Source of the DNA: Minisyncoccia bacterium
GTDB lineage: Bacteria; Patescibacteriota; Minisyncoccia; SW-4-49-11
Direction: 5' to 3'
Assembly: GCA_044341565.1 (NCBI GenBank)
Contig: JBIIRM010000008.1
Coordinates: 1 to 47,688, forward strand
Length of the DNA stretch: 47,688 nt
This document shows, piece by piece, positions 19,484 through 30,061 of this stretch. The notes beneath the pieces are model-generated. The model ran no database searches and was not told where the DNA came from. It saw only the letters and a list, made by a program, of their open reading frames with translations. Positions within the stretch are counted from its first letter, which is position 1, and every line of letters begins with the position of its first letter. The position numbers were made by a program, and so were the translations under genes.

Positions 19484-21421
19484 CTATACCAAATTCGGGG
19501 GATTGATTTCAATTTCCTGCCCATATTCTAATATGGGTACTAATTTGCGTTTGATAGAGGTGGCTTGTTTGGGTGAGGTTTGTATAGTGAGGGTAAAGCG
19601 ATACAGACCCTTGCCTCGAGCAATATATTTTTCTAAAGGTCCAAGAGCTCGTATATGTATACTAGACAAAGCCTCTTTGATGCGGAGAGCCTGTGCGAGA
19701 GATTTGGATCTGATATGATGTTGTGAATGTATGGCGATAATCTCATATTGCGGGGGATAATGATAGAGATTGCGATTCTCATATTCTTGTTCCCATAACT
19801 CGGCAATGGGGTGATTGAGTATGGTATGAATATGTGAGGGGCTTTCCTCATCACGATTCCAAGCGGTAAATGTCTGTATTAGAGTTTTATCACTATGCAT
19901 TATGAGCTCGGATAAAACCTGTATTGACTTTTCTCGAATAGTATAATCAGGGAAATTGACCAGGGATTCAGCTGAGGGAATAATGGTGAGAGTTTTCGGT
20001 ATTATATCTAGAAATTTATGTATCATACGCGTGGTGAGGAGAATTGCGGGTTTCACCTGATTAAAATTATCTATAATACTTTGCTGATGTTCCAAGTTAC
20101 TGGCGGTATCACTAGAAAGTACAAAATGGGGGGTGTTGGGGAATAAGGATTTACTAAAATCTTCAATTTTCTCAATTCCAATTCCTCCTTGATGTAAATT
20201 GAGGGATTTGCATTGTGGGCAAATATGTATCATCTTAAACCATTTATGTGAGCTATGGGATAATAATACTTGATTCTCGGTATAATTGGGTATGGCTTTT
20301 GGTAAAGTGTCTACACGATGTACTGTGAGTAAAGTTCCTGTTTTGGGGTCTCTGAGGTGATATCCACAATCTCGGCAAGATACATACAGGGATTCTCCTC
20401 GGCGATTGACATATATAATGGCGGATTGATTATTTTGTAGAGACTTCTGTATAGCTTTTTGGGCTGGTATTGATAATAAATCTCTATTTCCCTTATAGAA
20501 TTCGGTTTGCATTTCAATCAAATTGATTTTGGATTTAGGGATATGGGGATATAACTCAGTAGGGAGGCTAAGATTATGAGACTCTAGGATTGCAAGTGTA
20601 CTAATGCTCGGAATAGTAGAAGCAAGAGTAATATTGGCTTGATATAATTTAGCAACTTCTAAGGCGATACTGGTTGTATGATAATGAGGTTTGGTATCAA
20701 AAGAATAATAGGCTTCAGATGACTCATCTTCTATAATAATATGAGTTAAATGCTGAAAGGGTAAGAATATACTACTTCTGGTACCAATAATAATCTTAGC
20801 TTCTCCTGATTTAACTTGAGACCAAGCGGCTCTATGGGCGGTAATGCCAAGTTGTGAGCTGATGAGTAGGGGATTGAAGTCCGCAAATTCAAGAGCAAAA
20901 CTCTCGAGGCTAATAGTATCGGGTACTAATATCAGTATTTGGCCTATAGTTGATTTGAGAATAGTATGATAGTGTTTGATTCTTTTGGAGAGGGTCCCGA
21001 GGAATACTTTTGGGATATAATGAGGCCCTAACTCTATCTCTGGAGAGGCTACATTGAGTATATTTGGATAACGTTTTATTTTGTTTGATAATTTTGGCAG
21101 GAATAATTTAATAATATTGCCAAGAGCATGGGCATAATAATTACTCATCCATTGGGCTAAGTTTAATTGTTGGCTTGTTAATAGGCTATTATCAGAAAAT
21201 CGCTTACGAATTGGCTTGGGACTAAAGCTTGCAAATTTCTTTAAATCTTGTTTAGCATTTGTCAGCTCTTGACAAAAGTAAACTATTGCGGTAATATCTG
21301 TGTTACGAACTTCCACAACAATCAATGTTCCGGGGAGAATATTCTCGGAAGCATAATAGGTCAAAGTTTGGCTTATTTGACCAGGAAGTTTGATAAGAGG
21401 GACAACTTGCAAAATATACAT
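19484..21421 (-). CDS. priA: primosomal protein N' (PriA)-like helicase with degenerate ATP-binding motifs
   Basis: PriA-like N-terminus. The helicase core aligns to PriA (ILILVPDTISLESF...EAKIIIGTRSSIF...IIIEDESSEAY). A Cys4 zinc-binding insertion is present (CRDCGYH...CPQCKS). However the Walker A position reads GTLSKRIKHYHT instead of GxxGSGKT. Confidence 0.8.
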   Translation of the reverse strand: MYILQVVPLIKLPGQISQTLTYYASENILPGTLIVVEVRNTDITAIVYFCQELTNAKQDLKKFASFSPKPIRKRFSDNSLLTSQQLNLAQWMSNYYAHALGNIIKLFLPKLSNKIKRYPNILNVASPEIELGPHYIPKVFLGTLSKRIKHYHTILKSTIGQILILVPDTISLESFALEFADFNPLLISSQLGITAHRAAWSQVKSGEAKIIIGTRSSIFLPFQHLTHIIIEDESSEAYYSFDTKPHYHTTSIALEVAKLYQANITLASTIPSISTLAILESHNLSLPTELYPHIPKSKINLIEMQTEFYKGNRDLLSIPAQKAIQKSLQNNQSAIIYVNRRGESLYVSCRDCGYHLRDPKTGTLLTVHRVDTLPKAIPNYTENQVLLSHSSHKWFKMIHICPQCKSLNLHQGGIGIEKIEDFSKSLFPNTPHFVLSSDTASNLEHQQSIIDNFNQVKPAILLTTRMIHKFLDIIPKTLTIIPSAESLVNFPDYTIREKSIQVLSELIMHSDKTLIQTFTAWNRDEESPSHIHTILNHPIAELWEQEYENRNLYHYPPQYEIIAIHSQHHIRSKSLAQALRIKEALSSIHIRALGPLEKYIARGKGLYRFTLTIQTSPKQATSIKRKLVPILEYGQEIEINPPNLV

Positions 21422-21550
21422 ACATATAGTATACTCTATTAACAGTAAAAGTGAATATACAATTTATACATTCACACAAAAGAACAGAATTAATCTCTAA
21501 CAGATATAATGCCTGTCATTTACTGTTATCTAATTAATCATTTATATATT

Positions 21551-22006
21551 ATGAAGAAGTATCATATGACCCAATCAGGGCTAGAAAAGGCACAAGTAGA
21601 ACTTGAGGCTCTTTTGGTACGACGCAAGGAAATTGTTGAAAAAATTAAATTTGCTAAGGAACAAGGGGATTTGAAAGAGAATTCAGAGTATCATGAAGCT
21701 AAAAATGATATGGCTTTTAATGAATCTAAGATTCTAGAGTTAGAAGATTTGATTCGAAATGCAGAAATTATTGAGGCTCCAAAGCAATCTCAATTTGTAT
21801 CAATAGGGTCTCGTATCAAAGTAAAAGGGAAAAGAGGAGAAAGAGAATTCCTTATTGTAGGAGCTTCTGAAGCTAATCCAGCTGAGAGTAAAATTTCAGA
21901 TGAATCTCCACTTGGATCTGCTTTTATACATCGCAGTGTTGGAGAAGAAGTAGAAGTAGCAACTCCTGCTGGAAATCAACAATATACTATTATTGAAATC
22001 GCATAA
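21551..22006 (+). CDS. greA: transcription elongation factor GreA
   Basis: MKKYHMTQSGLEKAQVELEAL...GDLKENSEYHEAKN matches the GreA N-terminal coiled-coil including the conserved acidic tip. A C-terminal FKBP-like domain follows. The start is chosen by analogy to the E. coli N-terminus; 21509 and 21566 are also possible. Confidence 0.85.
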   Translation: MKKYHMTQSGLEKAQVELEALLVRRKEIVEKIKFAKEQGDLKENSEYHEAKNDMAFNESKILELEDLIRNAEIIEAPKQSQFVSIGSRIKVKGKRGEREFLIVGASEANPAESKISDESPLGSAFIHRSVGEEVEVATPAGNQQYTIIEIA

Positions 22007-22060
22007 TTTAGTCCTGATTCGTTTGCACAAATAGATAGTATTTGGTATTATAACAATAAT

Positions 22061-23542
22061 ATGAGTAAATCATTTTTTGTTACCACACCAATTTATTATC
22101 TGAATGGGGAACCTCATCTCGGGCATTATTATGCAACCACTATTGCTGATGTATTAGCACGCTATAATCGTAAATTTGGAGAGGGGGCTTTTTTCTTAAC
22201 TGGAACCGATGAACATGGACAAAAAGTAGCCGAAGCAGCAAACAAAGATAATATAACTCCCCAAGAATATACCGATAAATTATCTGCTATTTGGGAAGGA
22301 GTTTGGAAAGATTTGGATATTAGCTATGATTATTTTATTCGCACCACTAATCCTACTCATAAGGCTTTATGTCAATTTGTTATTCAAACATTATTAGAAA
22401 CTGATGATATATACCCACAAGAATATGAGGCATTATATTGTGTAGGAGCTGAGTCTTTTGTCACTCAATCTGAATTGAGAGTGGGGGGATTATGTCCTGA
22501 TCATGATGAGAAGCCACAAATTGTATTAGAAAAGAATTACTTTTTCCGATTAAATAAGTATAAGGATAGAGTTTTACAGCTTATAGATGATGGTAAGATT
22601 AATATTGTACCAGAATCTCGACGCAATGAGGCAATTGAGCTATTGAAAAATCCAGAAGTGGGAGATTTTTCGGTAACCCGAGAAAAAGTAAGCTGGGGTA
22701 TACCAGTGCCATTTGATACTAGTCAAACATTATATGTTTGGATTGATGCTTTATTTAATTATATGTCTGGAATATTGGCGAGTCAAAATATAGATATTAA
22801 GGATTTATCTATAGGAGAGATTTTAGCTAAAATTGGAGATATTTGGCCACCAGATTTGCATATTATTGGTAAGGATATTTTGAAATTCCATGCAGTATAT
22901 TGGCCAGCCTTCCTTTTGGCCTTCGGAATACCAGAAGAGAATTTACCGAAGACAATTCTCATCACAGGATTTTTCCTCTCTGATGGGCGTAAAATGAGTA
23001 AAAGTATTGGAAATGTAATAGTTCCTCAAGATATTATTACATATTTTGATGAGATAACGGATGGACTTGGGAATGATATTTTGAGATATGTGATCCTGAG
23101 AGAAATGCGAATTGGGAATGATGGAGATATTACCAAGGAGAAAATTATTGGAATTTATCAATCGGAACTTGTCAATAAATTTGGCAATACTTTTAGTCGT
23201 GTAATTGGAATGGCAAAGAAATATGACGTGCAAGTACAGCCTGAATCAAGTGCAGTCTTTCAAGATTATCATAATGCTTTTCAAAAATATGATATTTATG
23301 GTACAATACATAGTATATTTGAGCAGATCAATATCATTGGTCAAGAAATAGAGTCTCATAAACCCTGGGAATTATATAAAGAGGGAAAAACTGAGGAATT
23401 ATTTACTCTTATGCAGAATTGGCTAAAGTCTCTTCATCAAATTACAGAGATAATTGAACCAATAATGCCATCAACCGCAAATTTGATGAAGAAGCTACTT
23501 GCAGGAGAGAGTATTCACATATTCCCACGCATAGAAAAGTAA
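22061..23542 (+). CDS. metG: methionyl-tRNA synthetase (short form, no C-terminal appended domain)
   Basis: PIYYLNGEPHLGH (the HIGH motif plus the MetRS-specific context) and GRKMSKSIGN (the KMSKS motif). Confidence 0.9.
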   Translation: MSKSFFVTTPIYYLNGEPHLGHYYATTIADVLARYNRKFGEGAFFLTGTDEHGQKVAEAANKDNITPQEYTDKLSAIWEGVWKDLDISYDYFIRTTNPTHKALCQFVIQTLLETDDIYPQEYEALYCVGAESFVTQSELRVGGLCPDHDEKPQIVLEKNYFFRLNKYKDRVLQLIDDGKINIVPESRRNEAIELLKNPEVGDFSVTREKVSWGIPVPFDTSQTLYVWIDALFNYMSGILASQNIDIKDLSIGEILAKIGDIWPPDLHIIGKDILKFHAVYWPAFLLAFGIPEENLPKTILITGFFLSDGRKMSKSIGNVIVPQDIITYFDEITDGLGNDILRYVILREMRIGNDGDITKEKIIGIYQSELVNKFGNTFSRVIGMAKKYDVQVQPESSAVFQDYHNAFQKYDIYGTIHSIFEQINIIGQEIESHKPWELYKEGKTEELFTLMQNWLKSLHQITEIIEPIMPSTANLMKKLLAGESIHIFPRIEK

Positions 23543-23547
23543 AAAGT

Positions 23548-24528
23548 ATGAATTGGTTTCGAAGACAAACAGTAATATTCAAAATAGGGATAATCATTAT
23601 CTTGATTTTGGGATGTATTGTATTACTGAGAGGAGGTAATATTAAAAAAATAGAAGTTGCTCAGACAGGGACATATACTTATACGGGTGCTACTAATTAT
23701 ACTAATACATGTACAGGTGGTTTTGTGTGTACCAATATTGCTTATAATGATATTAATAATAAACCAGTTAATGTGGTTGTTTTTTCGGATAAACTAACTA
23801 CTCCTTCCCCAGTAGATTTAGTTGATGTTTTAGTGGTATATCATGGAACAGTGGATACCAATGATAAAATTGAAGGGGCTGCAAAACAAACTTTGGCACA
23901 GTTTAAAAATATATTAAGTTCCCAAAATAAAGATATGCTTATAATAAGTGTTGCTTACCCTGAAGGGGATTTATTAATGGGGGATAATGTTACAGCTTCA
24001 TTAGCTGCATTAGATTGGGCTTTGGATAAAACTGGAGTTAATGGTGCTAGTAAAACATTAGGGGTGAATATTAATAAGGTATTTATTGCTGGACACTCGC
24101 AAGGTGGATATACTGTGGTTCGTTTGAATAGTCTTAGAGAAACAGCAGGAGTAATTGCAAATGCACCCGGACCTATTGATTTAGTATATCGATGTGGTCT
24201 TGATGAGGCTACTAAAAATGGGAAGTCTAGTAAGACTTGTGTCAATTTATATAATGAGTATGGTTCGGTATCTACTAATCCCAATCCATACAAAGATAGA
24301 TCTCTCTCTGGTTTTACTAATAATTTTAAATCTGATATATTATTGAATCAAGGAATGCAAGATGATGAAATTCAGATTTATCTTTGGCCAGGATTCAAAC
24401 AACAGGTGAAAGATTGCACAACCTGTAAAGAGACAAAATTTGTAGAAGTGCAGGGAAAACACGCATCATTATTCGTCAATCCTATTTCAATACAAGAGTT
24501 TAATACATTTATATCTACTCGTAGATAA
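23548..24528 (+). CDS. membrane-anchored/secreted alpha/beta-hydrolase-fold esterase
   Basis: N-terminal TM/signal anchor. VVYHG (oxyanion HG) and IAGHSQGG (G-x-S-x-G nucleophile elbow). Several Cys residues suggest disulfides. Confidence 0.6.
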   Translation: MNWFRRQTVIFKIGIIIILILGCIVLLRGGNIKKIEVAQTGTYTYTGATNYTNTCTGGFVCTNIAYNDINNKPVNVVVFSDKLTTPSPVDLVDVLVVYHGTVDTNDKIEGAAKQTLAQFKNILSSQNKDMLIISVAYPEGDLLMGDNVTASLAALDWALDKTGVNGASKTLGVNINKVFIAGHSQGGYTVVRLNSLRETAGVIANAPGPIDLVYRCGLDEATKNGKSSKTCVNLYNEYGSVSTNPNPYKDRSLSGFTNNFKSDILLNQGMQDDEIQIYLWPGFKQQVKDCTTCKETKFVEVQGKHASLFVNPISIQEFNTFISTRR

Positions 24529-24867
24529 TTACTATCTTGATTTTAGTATATATTACTCTCAGTAATATATACTAAAAGAACAGAAGCTCCTTTTGTTCCA
24601 TATAATGGGGGTACATGAGAGGGATTCTCAATAGAAGAACCTATTAATTATTGGGTAAAAAGGAATCGAACGACTCAAATACCAATAATTACTAATTTCC
24701 CTGATATTAATAAAAAAGATAAAAGTATATATATAGATGGTGTGTGAGGTATGGAATTTCTTAAAAAATAAATCGAAGTAAAAGGCTTCTCATCTCATAC
24801 AACTTCTAGCAAAATTATAGAATATATGGTATAATGAGGTATAAAATAATACCTATACAGTGTTTAT

Positions 24868-26355
24868 ATGAGAGAATACGAAGCAGTGATCGGGATGGAA
24901 GTACATGTCGAGTCCAAAACAAATTCTAAAATGTTCTGCTCCTGTATAAATGGGAGAGGATTAGAAGATAAGCCTAATATCAATATTTGTCCTATTTGTA
25001 CTGGGCATCCTGGGACACTACCAGTTCCTAATCGTGAGGCTTTGGTTAAAATAACTCGATTTGGGCAAGCTTTAAATTGTCAAATTTCTGATTATACTTG
25101 GTTTGAACGTAAAAGTTATTTTTATCCCGATTTGCCAAAGGGTTATCAGATTACCCAATATGAAAGACCTATTTGTTATGAGGGTGATATTGAAATATTA
25201 ACCTCAAAAGGTCCAAAGCATATTCGTATTACCCGAATTCATATGGAAGAGGATACGGGTAAATTATCTCATATTAATGGGAAAACCGTTGTGGATTATA
25301 ATAGAGCGGGACTTCCTTTGATGGAACTTGTGACTGAGCCTGATATTCGAAATGCCGAGGAGGCAAAAATATTCTGTGAAGAATTGCAATTAATATTGCG
25401 TTATCTTGATATCTCAGATGGAGATATGGATAAAGGACAAATGCGCTGTGAGGTCAATATTTCTCTTCGAGAAAAGGGGACTGAAGCTTTTGGAACTAAG
25501 GTGGAAATTAAAAATTTAAATTCATTTCGTGTAGTAGAGCAAGCTATTGAATATGAAATTATCCGTCAAACTGAGGTTATATCACAGGGTGGAGAAATAG
25601 TGCAGGAAACCAGAGGTTGGGATGATGCTAAATCTATTACCTTTAGTCAGCGTAAAAAAGAAAATGCACATGATTATCGATACTTTGTAGAGCCTGATAT
25701 TCCTCCTTTTGAGACGGCAGATATTGTGACTGATGCAGCCTCTATTACTGCTGAACTTCCTATTGCAAAGAGAAAGCGATTCATGGATGAATATCAATTA
25801 GCTATACAGCAGGTTGAGATTTTAGTCCGTAATAAGGCTCTAGCTGATTATTTTGAACAGACAATATCTGAATTAAAAGCTTGGACAGAAGCTGAGACTA
25901 AAGAATTTACTGCTGAAGAGACTGCTAAATTAATCAAATTATCTGCTAATTATCTTCTGACTGAGCTAATTAAGCATTATTCTGAGAAAGGTTTGACATT
26001 TGATAATTCTCCTATTAGTCCTGAGAATTATGCTGAATTTATCAAAATTGTATTTAGTGGAGAGGTATCATCTACAGGAGCACAGACATTATTATTCCAA
26101 ATGATTGAGACGGGTTCAGACCCTAGTGATATTGTGGAATCTCAAGGATTAAAGCAAGTAAATGATACGAATGCTCTGCAGGGAATTGTAGATCAAGTCA
26201 TTACCGAAAACCCCAAAGTAGTGCTAGACTATCAGAATGGGAATGAAAATGTGTTACAATTCTTAATAGGGCAGGTAATGCGCTATTCTAAGGGTAGTGC
26301 TAATCCACAAATTGCAAGACAAATTCTTCACGATACTATTACTCAGAATAAATAA
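24868..26355 (+). CDS. gatB: Asp-tRNA(Asn)/Glu-tRNA(Gln) amidotransferase subunit B
   Basis: MREYEAVIGMEVHVE...SK.FC.C at the N-terminus and a full-length GatB/GatE-like body with a C-terminal YqeY-like tail. Confidence 0.9.
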   Translation: MREYEAVIGMEVHVESKTNSKMFCSCINGRGLEDKPNINICPICTGHPGTLPVPNREALVKITRFGQALNCQISDYTWFERKSYFYPDLPKGYQITQYERPICYEGDIEILTSKGPKHIRITRIHMEEDTGKLSHINGKTVVDYNRAGLPLMELVTEPDIRNAEEAKIFCEELQLILRYLDISDGDMDKGQMRCEVNISLREKGTEAFGTKVEIKNLNSFRVVEQAIEYEIIRQTEVISQGGEIVQETRGWDDAKSITFSQRKKENAHDYRYFVEPDIPPFETADIVTDAASITAELPIAKRKRFMDEYQLAIQQVEILVRNKALADYFEQTISELKAWTEAETKEFTAEETAKLIKLSANYLLTELIKHYSEKGLTFDNSPISPENYAEFIKIVFSGEVSSTGAQTLLFQMIETGSDPSDIVESQGLKQVNDTNALQGIVDQVITENPKVVLDYQNGNENVLQFLIGQVMRYSKGSANPQIARQILHDTITQNK

Positions 26356-26361
26356 TCAGAT

Positions 26362-26952
26362 ATGCAGATTCAATGGCAAAATAATACGACAATTACAATA
26401 AAAGGAAAAGATTATCGGGTGATTATCAATCCTATTGAGGCTGAGGAGGGGAAATTTATTATACCTCAAAAAGAAAATGATTTATTGATTTCTACGAAAG
26501 CTGTGACAATAGCTGATGTGAAGGGATTTCATATTAATGGGGCTGGAGAATATTCTTATCAGGGAGTTACAGTCAGAGCTGCTGCAATTCGGCAAATTGA
26601 AGATGAAGATAAAATTAATCTTATTTCTCTTTCCGTAGAAAATATATTAGTGGCAATAGTATTTGGTATCAAAAAAGAATTAACTTCAGAGGATTTAGAA
26701 TTCATAGGGAGCCCAGATATTCTTGTATTATCATTGAGTGAATCATTTGGATCAGAGAAATCTCTCCATCTTATTAATGCTATTGAGCCTCGTATTGTAA
26801 TCCCGGTATATACACAGGATTCACAATTACAGGGATTAGTGAGTGAATATGGGGTAAAACAAGAGCCTCAAGATGATTTTAGTATCAAAAAATCAGAGCT
26901 TCCATTCGATACTGTCGAAATAAAACCTCTTATACAGCAGATTAAATCTTAA
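26362..26952 (+). CDS. hypothetical protein
   Basis: Clean ORF starting 7 nt after gatB. No recognisable motif. Confidence 0.5.
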   Translation: MQIQWQNNTTITIKGKDYRVIINPIEAEEGKFIIPQKENDLLISTKAVTIADVKGFHINGAGEYSYQGVTVRAAAIRQIEDEDKINLISLSVENILVAIVFGIKKELTSEDLEFIGSPDILVLSLSESFGSEKSLHLINAIEPRIVIPVYTQDSQLQGLVSEYGVKQEPQDDFSIKKSELPFDTVEIKPLIQQIKS

Positions 26953-26957
26953 AGACT

Positions 26958-29453
26958 ATGGCAGACGATACCAAAATTTCAACAATTGAGAATATAGGAA
27001 CTATTGAGCTTACAGATATTGTGGCTGAGATGGAGCGCGCCTATATTGATTATTCAATGAGCGTAATTGTAGATAGAGCTCTTCCTGATGTAAGAGATGG
27101 ATTAAAACCAGTGCACAGAAGAATTTTGTATGCTATGCATGAACTTGGTTTGAGGCCAGAAGCAAAATTCCGTAAATCAGCTACCATAGTTGGAGAAGTA
27201 CTCGGAAAATACCATCCTCATGGAGATACTGCTGTATATGATTCTTTGGTTCGTATGGCACAAGATTTCTCTTTGAGATATACCTTGGTAAAAGGACAGG
27301 GAAACTTTGGATCTATGGATGGTGACTCAGCTGCAGCTATGCGATATACTGAGGCTAAAATGGACAAAATTGCTCGAGAAATGCTTGTCGATATTGATAA
27401 GAAAACTGTCAATTTTATTCCTAATTATGATGGAAGTATAGAAGAGCCAACAGTATTACCAGCGAGAGTTCCTAATCTTCTTATTAATGGAGGAACAGGA
27501 ATTGCTGTAGGTATGGCAACTAATATTCCACCTCATAATTTAAAAGAAATTGTAGGAGCAACTATTGCTTTGATTGAAAATCCAGAAATTACTATTGAAG
27601 AATTATTACATTTTGTTAAGGGACCAGATTTCCCAACTGGAGGAGAATTATATAATATTGAAAATATTCGGCAAGTATATGCTACTGGAAGAGGACCTCT
27701 TGTTACTCGAGCTAAAGCTGAAATTGTAGAGCGAACCAAAAAGGGAAATGCTTTTGATATTATTGTCTCAGAAATGACATATCAAACCAATAAATCTACT
27801 TTGATTGAGAAAATGGCTAATATGGTCAGGGATAAAAAACTTGATGGTATTAAGGATATTCGAGATGAATCTGATAGAGATGGAGTAAGAGTAGTAATTG
27901 AGCTTAAATCTGATGCTTATCCACAAAAAGTTCTCAATAAATTATACAAATTAACTGATTTACAAAAAACCTATCATGTGAATATGTTGGCTCTTTGTGA
28001 TGGTATTGAACCTAAAACCTTATCATTAAAGCAAGCCCTACAATATTATATTATTCATCGTAAAGAAGTTGTAACCCGAAAAACTGAATTCGAATTACAA
28101 CAGGCTAAAGATAGAGCTCATATTTTGGAAGGACTCAAAAAAGCTCTTGATTTTATTGATGAAGTTATTACAATTATTCGAGGATCTGAGAGTAAAGAAC
28201 TTGCTAAAGTAAATTTGATTAAGCGTTTTGAATTCAGCACATTACAAGTTCAAGCTATTCTCGATATGAGATTACAAACTCTGGCTGGATTAGAGCGACA
28301 AAAAATCCTTGATGAATTAGCAGAATTATTAATCCTTATCAAAGAACTGGAATCAATTCTTGGTTCAGAAGAAAGAATTTCCCAAATTATTAAAGATGAT
28401 TTGAAACAAGTATCCGAGCAATATGGTGATGAGCGAAAAACTCGTGTATTCCAAGAAGAGTTAGGAGATTTTAAAGAAACAGACTTTATTCCTAATGAGG
28501 ATACTATTATTATTTTGACTAAGGATGGATATATTAAGCGAGTAGACCCTAAAGAATATCGTTCTCAAAGACGAGGTGGGGTTGGAATTTCTGGAGTTAA
28601 AACTCGAGAAGATGATTCGGTATCAATTTTCCTCCATACCATTACCCATGCAAAATTATTATTCTTTACTAATGATGGAAGAGTATTGAAATTGAAGGCT
28701 TATGAAATCCCACAAGGATCTCGTATTGCCAAAGGTCAATCTATTGTGAATTTCTTGGAACTTACGAAAGATGAGCAAATTCAATCCATTTTACCAACTG
28801 AGGATGCTTCAGATAGCTTTGTATCCATTGTTACCAAATTTGGTATTATCAAGAAAAGTGCAATGTCAGTATATTCCAATGTGAGAAAGGGTGGAATTAT
28901 TGCTATTAATCTCAAGGACAAAGATAGTCTTATACAGGCAACTATTACTCATCCTGATGATGATGTGATTTTATTTACAGCTCAAGGAAAAGCTATACGA
29001 TTTTCTCAAGAAGAATTAAGACCAATGGGAAGAACTGCATCTGGAGTAAAAGCAATTACATTAAAACCTGATGACTCAGTATTATCTATGCAAACAATTC
29101 GTTCTGGAGATGAGCAAGGATGGCTTGTGATTGCAACAGCCCAAGGATATGGTAAAAAAAGTAAATTAAGTCATTATAAAGTACAAAGACGAGGTGGGGG
29201 AGGAGTAAAGGTTTCTAAAATTACCACTAAAACTGGTCTTGTTATGGGAGCTCAAGTAGTAACCCCAGATAGTAAGGAATTGATCGCTATTTCTCTAGGG
29301 GGGAATATTATTAAGCTTAATATTCAAAAAGATATTCCGACCCTTTCCAGAGATACACAAGGGGTAAAAATTATGAGACTTAATAAAGATGATACTATTG
29401 CTTCAATCGCTGTTACTACGGAAGATGAAAAAGAAGAAGAAATAGAATCATAG
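26958..29453 (+). CDS. gyrA: DNA gyrase subunit A
   Basis: [32 protein letters not shown]; the active-site Tyr context [10 protein letters not shown]; C-terminal beta-pinwheel repeats. Confidence 0.95.
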   Translation: MADDTKISTIENIGTIELTDIVAEMERAYIDYSMSVIVDRALPDVRDGLKPVHRRILYAMHELGLRPEAKFRKSATIVGEVLGKYHPHGDTAVYDSLVRMAQDFSLRYTLVKGQGNFGSMDGDSAAAMRYTEAKMDKIAREMLVDIDKKTVNFIPNYDGSIEEPTVLPARVPNLLINGGTGIAVGMATNIPPHNLKEIVGATIALIENPEITIEELLHFVKGPDFPTGGELYNIENIRQVYATGRGPLVTRAKAEIVERTKKGNAFDIIVSEMTYQTNKSTLIEKMANMVRDKKLDGIKDIRDESDRDGVRVVIELKSDAYPQKVLNKLYKLTDLQKTYHVNMLALCDGIEPKTLSLKQALQYYIIHRKEVVTRKTEFELQQAKDRAHILEGLKKALDFIDEVITIIRGSESKELAKVNLIKRFEFSTLQVQAILDMRLQTLAGLERQKILDELAELLILIKELESILGSEERISQIIKDDLKQVSEQYGDERKTRVFQEELGDFKETDFIPNEDTIIILTKDGYIKRVDPKEYRSQRRGGVGISGVKTREDDSVSIFLHTITHAKLLFFTNDGRVLKLKAYEIPQGSRIAKGQSIVNFLELTKDEQIQSILPTEDASDSFVSIVTKFGIIKKSAMSVYSNVRKGGIIAINLKDKDSLIQATITHPDDDVILFTAQGKAIRFSQEELRPMGRTASGVKAITLKPDDSVLSMQTIRSGDEQGWLVIATAQGYGKKSKLSHYKVQRRGGGGVKVSKITTKTGLVMGAQVVTPDSKELIAISLGGNIIKLNIQKDIPTLSRDTQGVKIMRLNKDDTIASIAVTTEDEKEEEIES

Positions 29454-29459
29454 AAATAG

Positions 29460-29488
29460 TTGACGATTTATAGGAATAACTATATACT
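29460..29488 (+). promoter_or_regulatory. sigma70-like promoter (TTGACG - 17 nt - TATACT) upstream of the methyltransferase gene
   Basis: TTGACG at 29460-65, a 17-nt spacer, and TATACT at 29483-88, in the gyrA-MTase intergenic region. Confidence 0.4.
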
Positions 29489-29516
29489 AGATACAGGTAT
29501 AAAATAAAATCTCATT

Positions 29517-30059
29517 ATGTTAGAAACCACTACTCGATTTCTATCACCTCGTGAAATAGTACAGCAATTTGATTTAGAAGTTGGTATGAAAATTGCTGAT
29601 TTTGGATCAGGGGCAGGAGATTTTTCTATTGCCATTGCTCAATATATTCAGCCTACAGGGAAAGTCTTTGCAATTGATGTGATGGAATCAGCTCATCAAT
29701 CTCTTAGAAGTAAATATAAAATTCAAGGAATTACGAATATTGAACTGATTTTGACTAATCTAGAGACTGAAACAGGTTCTACTTTACCAAAAGAATCAGT
29801 AGATAGAGTAATGATACATAATATTTTATTTCAAGTAAATGATAAAAAACATTTGCTCAAAGAAGCTCATAAAATCTTAAAAGATAAAGGAAAATTAGTT
29901 GTAATAGAATGGGATATTTCAAGTCCAATAGGACCTCTTAAATCATCAAGAATTCCAGAGAGAGAATTAGTGTCCCTGATACAGAATAATGGTTTTGAAA
30001 TTGATCATAAAATTGACTCAGGAAAATACCATTATGGATATATATTTAATAAATCATAA
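29517..30059 (+). CDS. class I SAM-dependent methyltransferase
   Basis: Motif I DFGSGAGDFS and the downstream acidic residue (AIDVME). Small single-domain MTase. Confidence 0.75.
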   Translation: MLETTTRFLSPREIVQQFDLEVGMKIADFGSGAGDFSIAIAQYIQPTGKVFAIDVMESAHQSLRSKYKIQGITNIELILTNLETETGSTLPKESVDRVMIHNILFQVNDKKHLLKEAHKILKDKGKLVVIEWDISSPIGPLKSSRIPERELVSLIQNNGFEIDHKIDSGKYHYGYIFNKS

Positions 30060-30061
30060 AT

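Noticed and set aside
24630-24670. Possible minus-strand tRNA around GGAATCGAAC
   Set aside because: No complementary acceptor, D or anticodon stems could be built by eye. At most it is a remnant.
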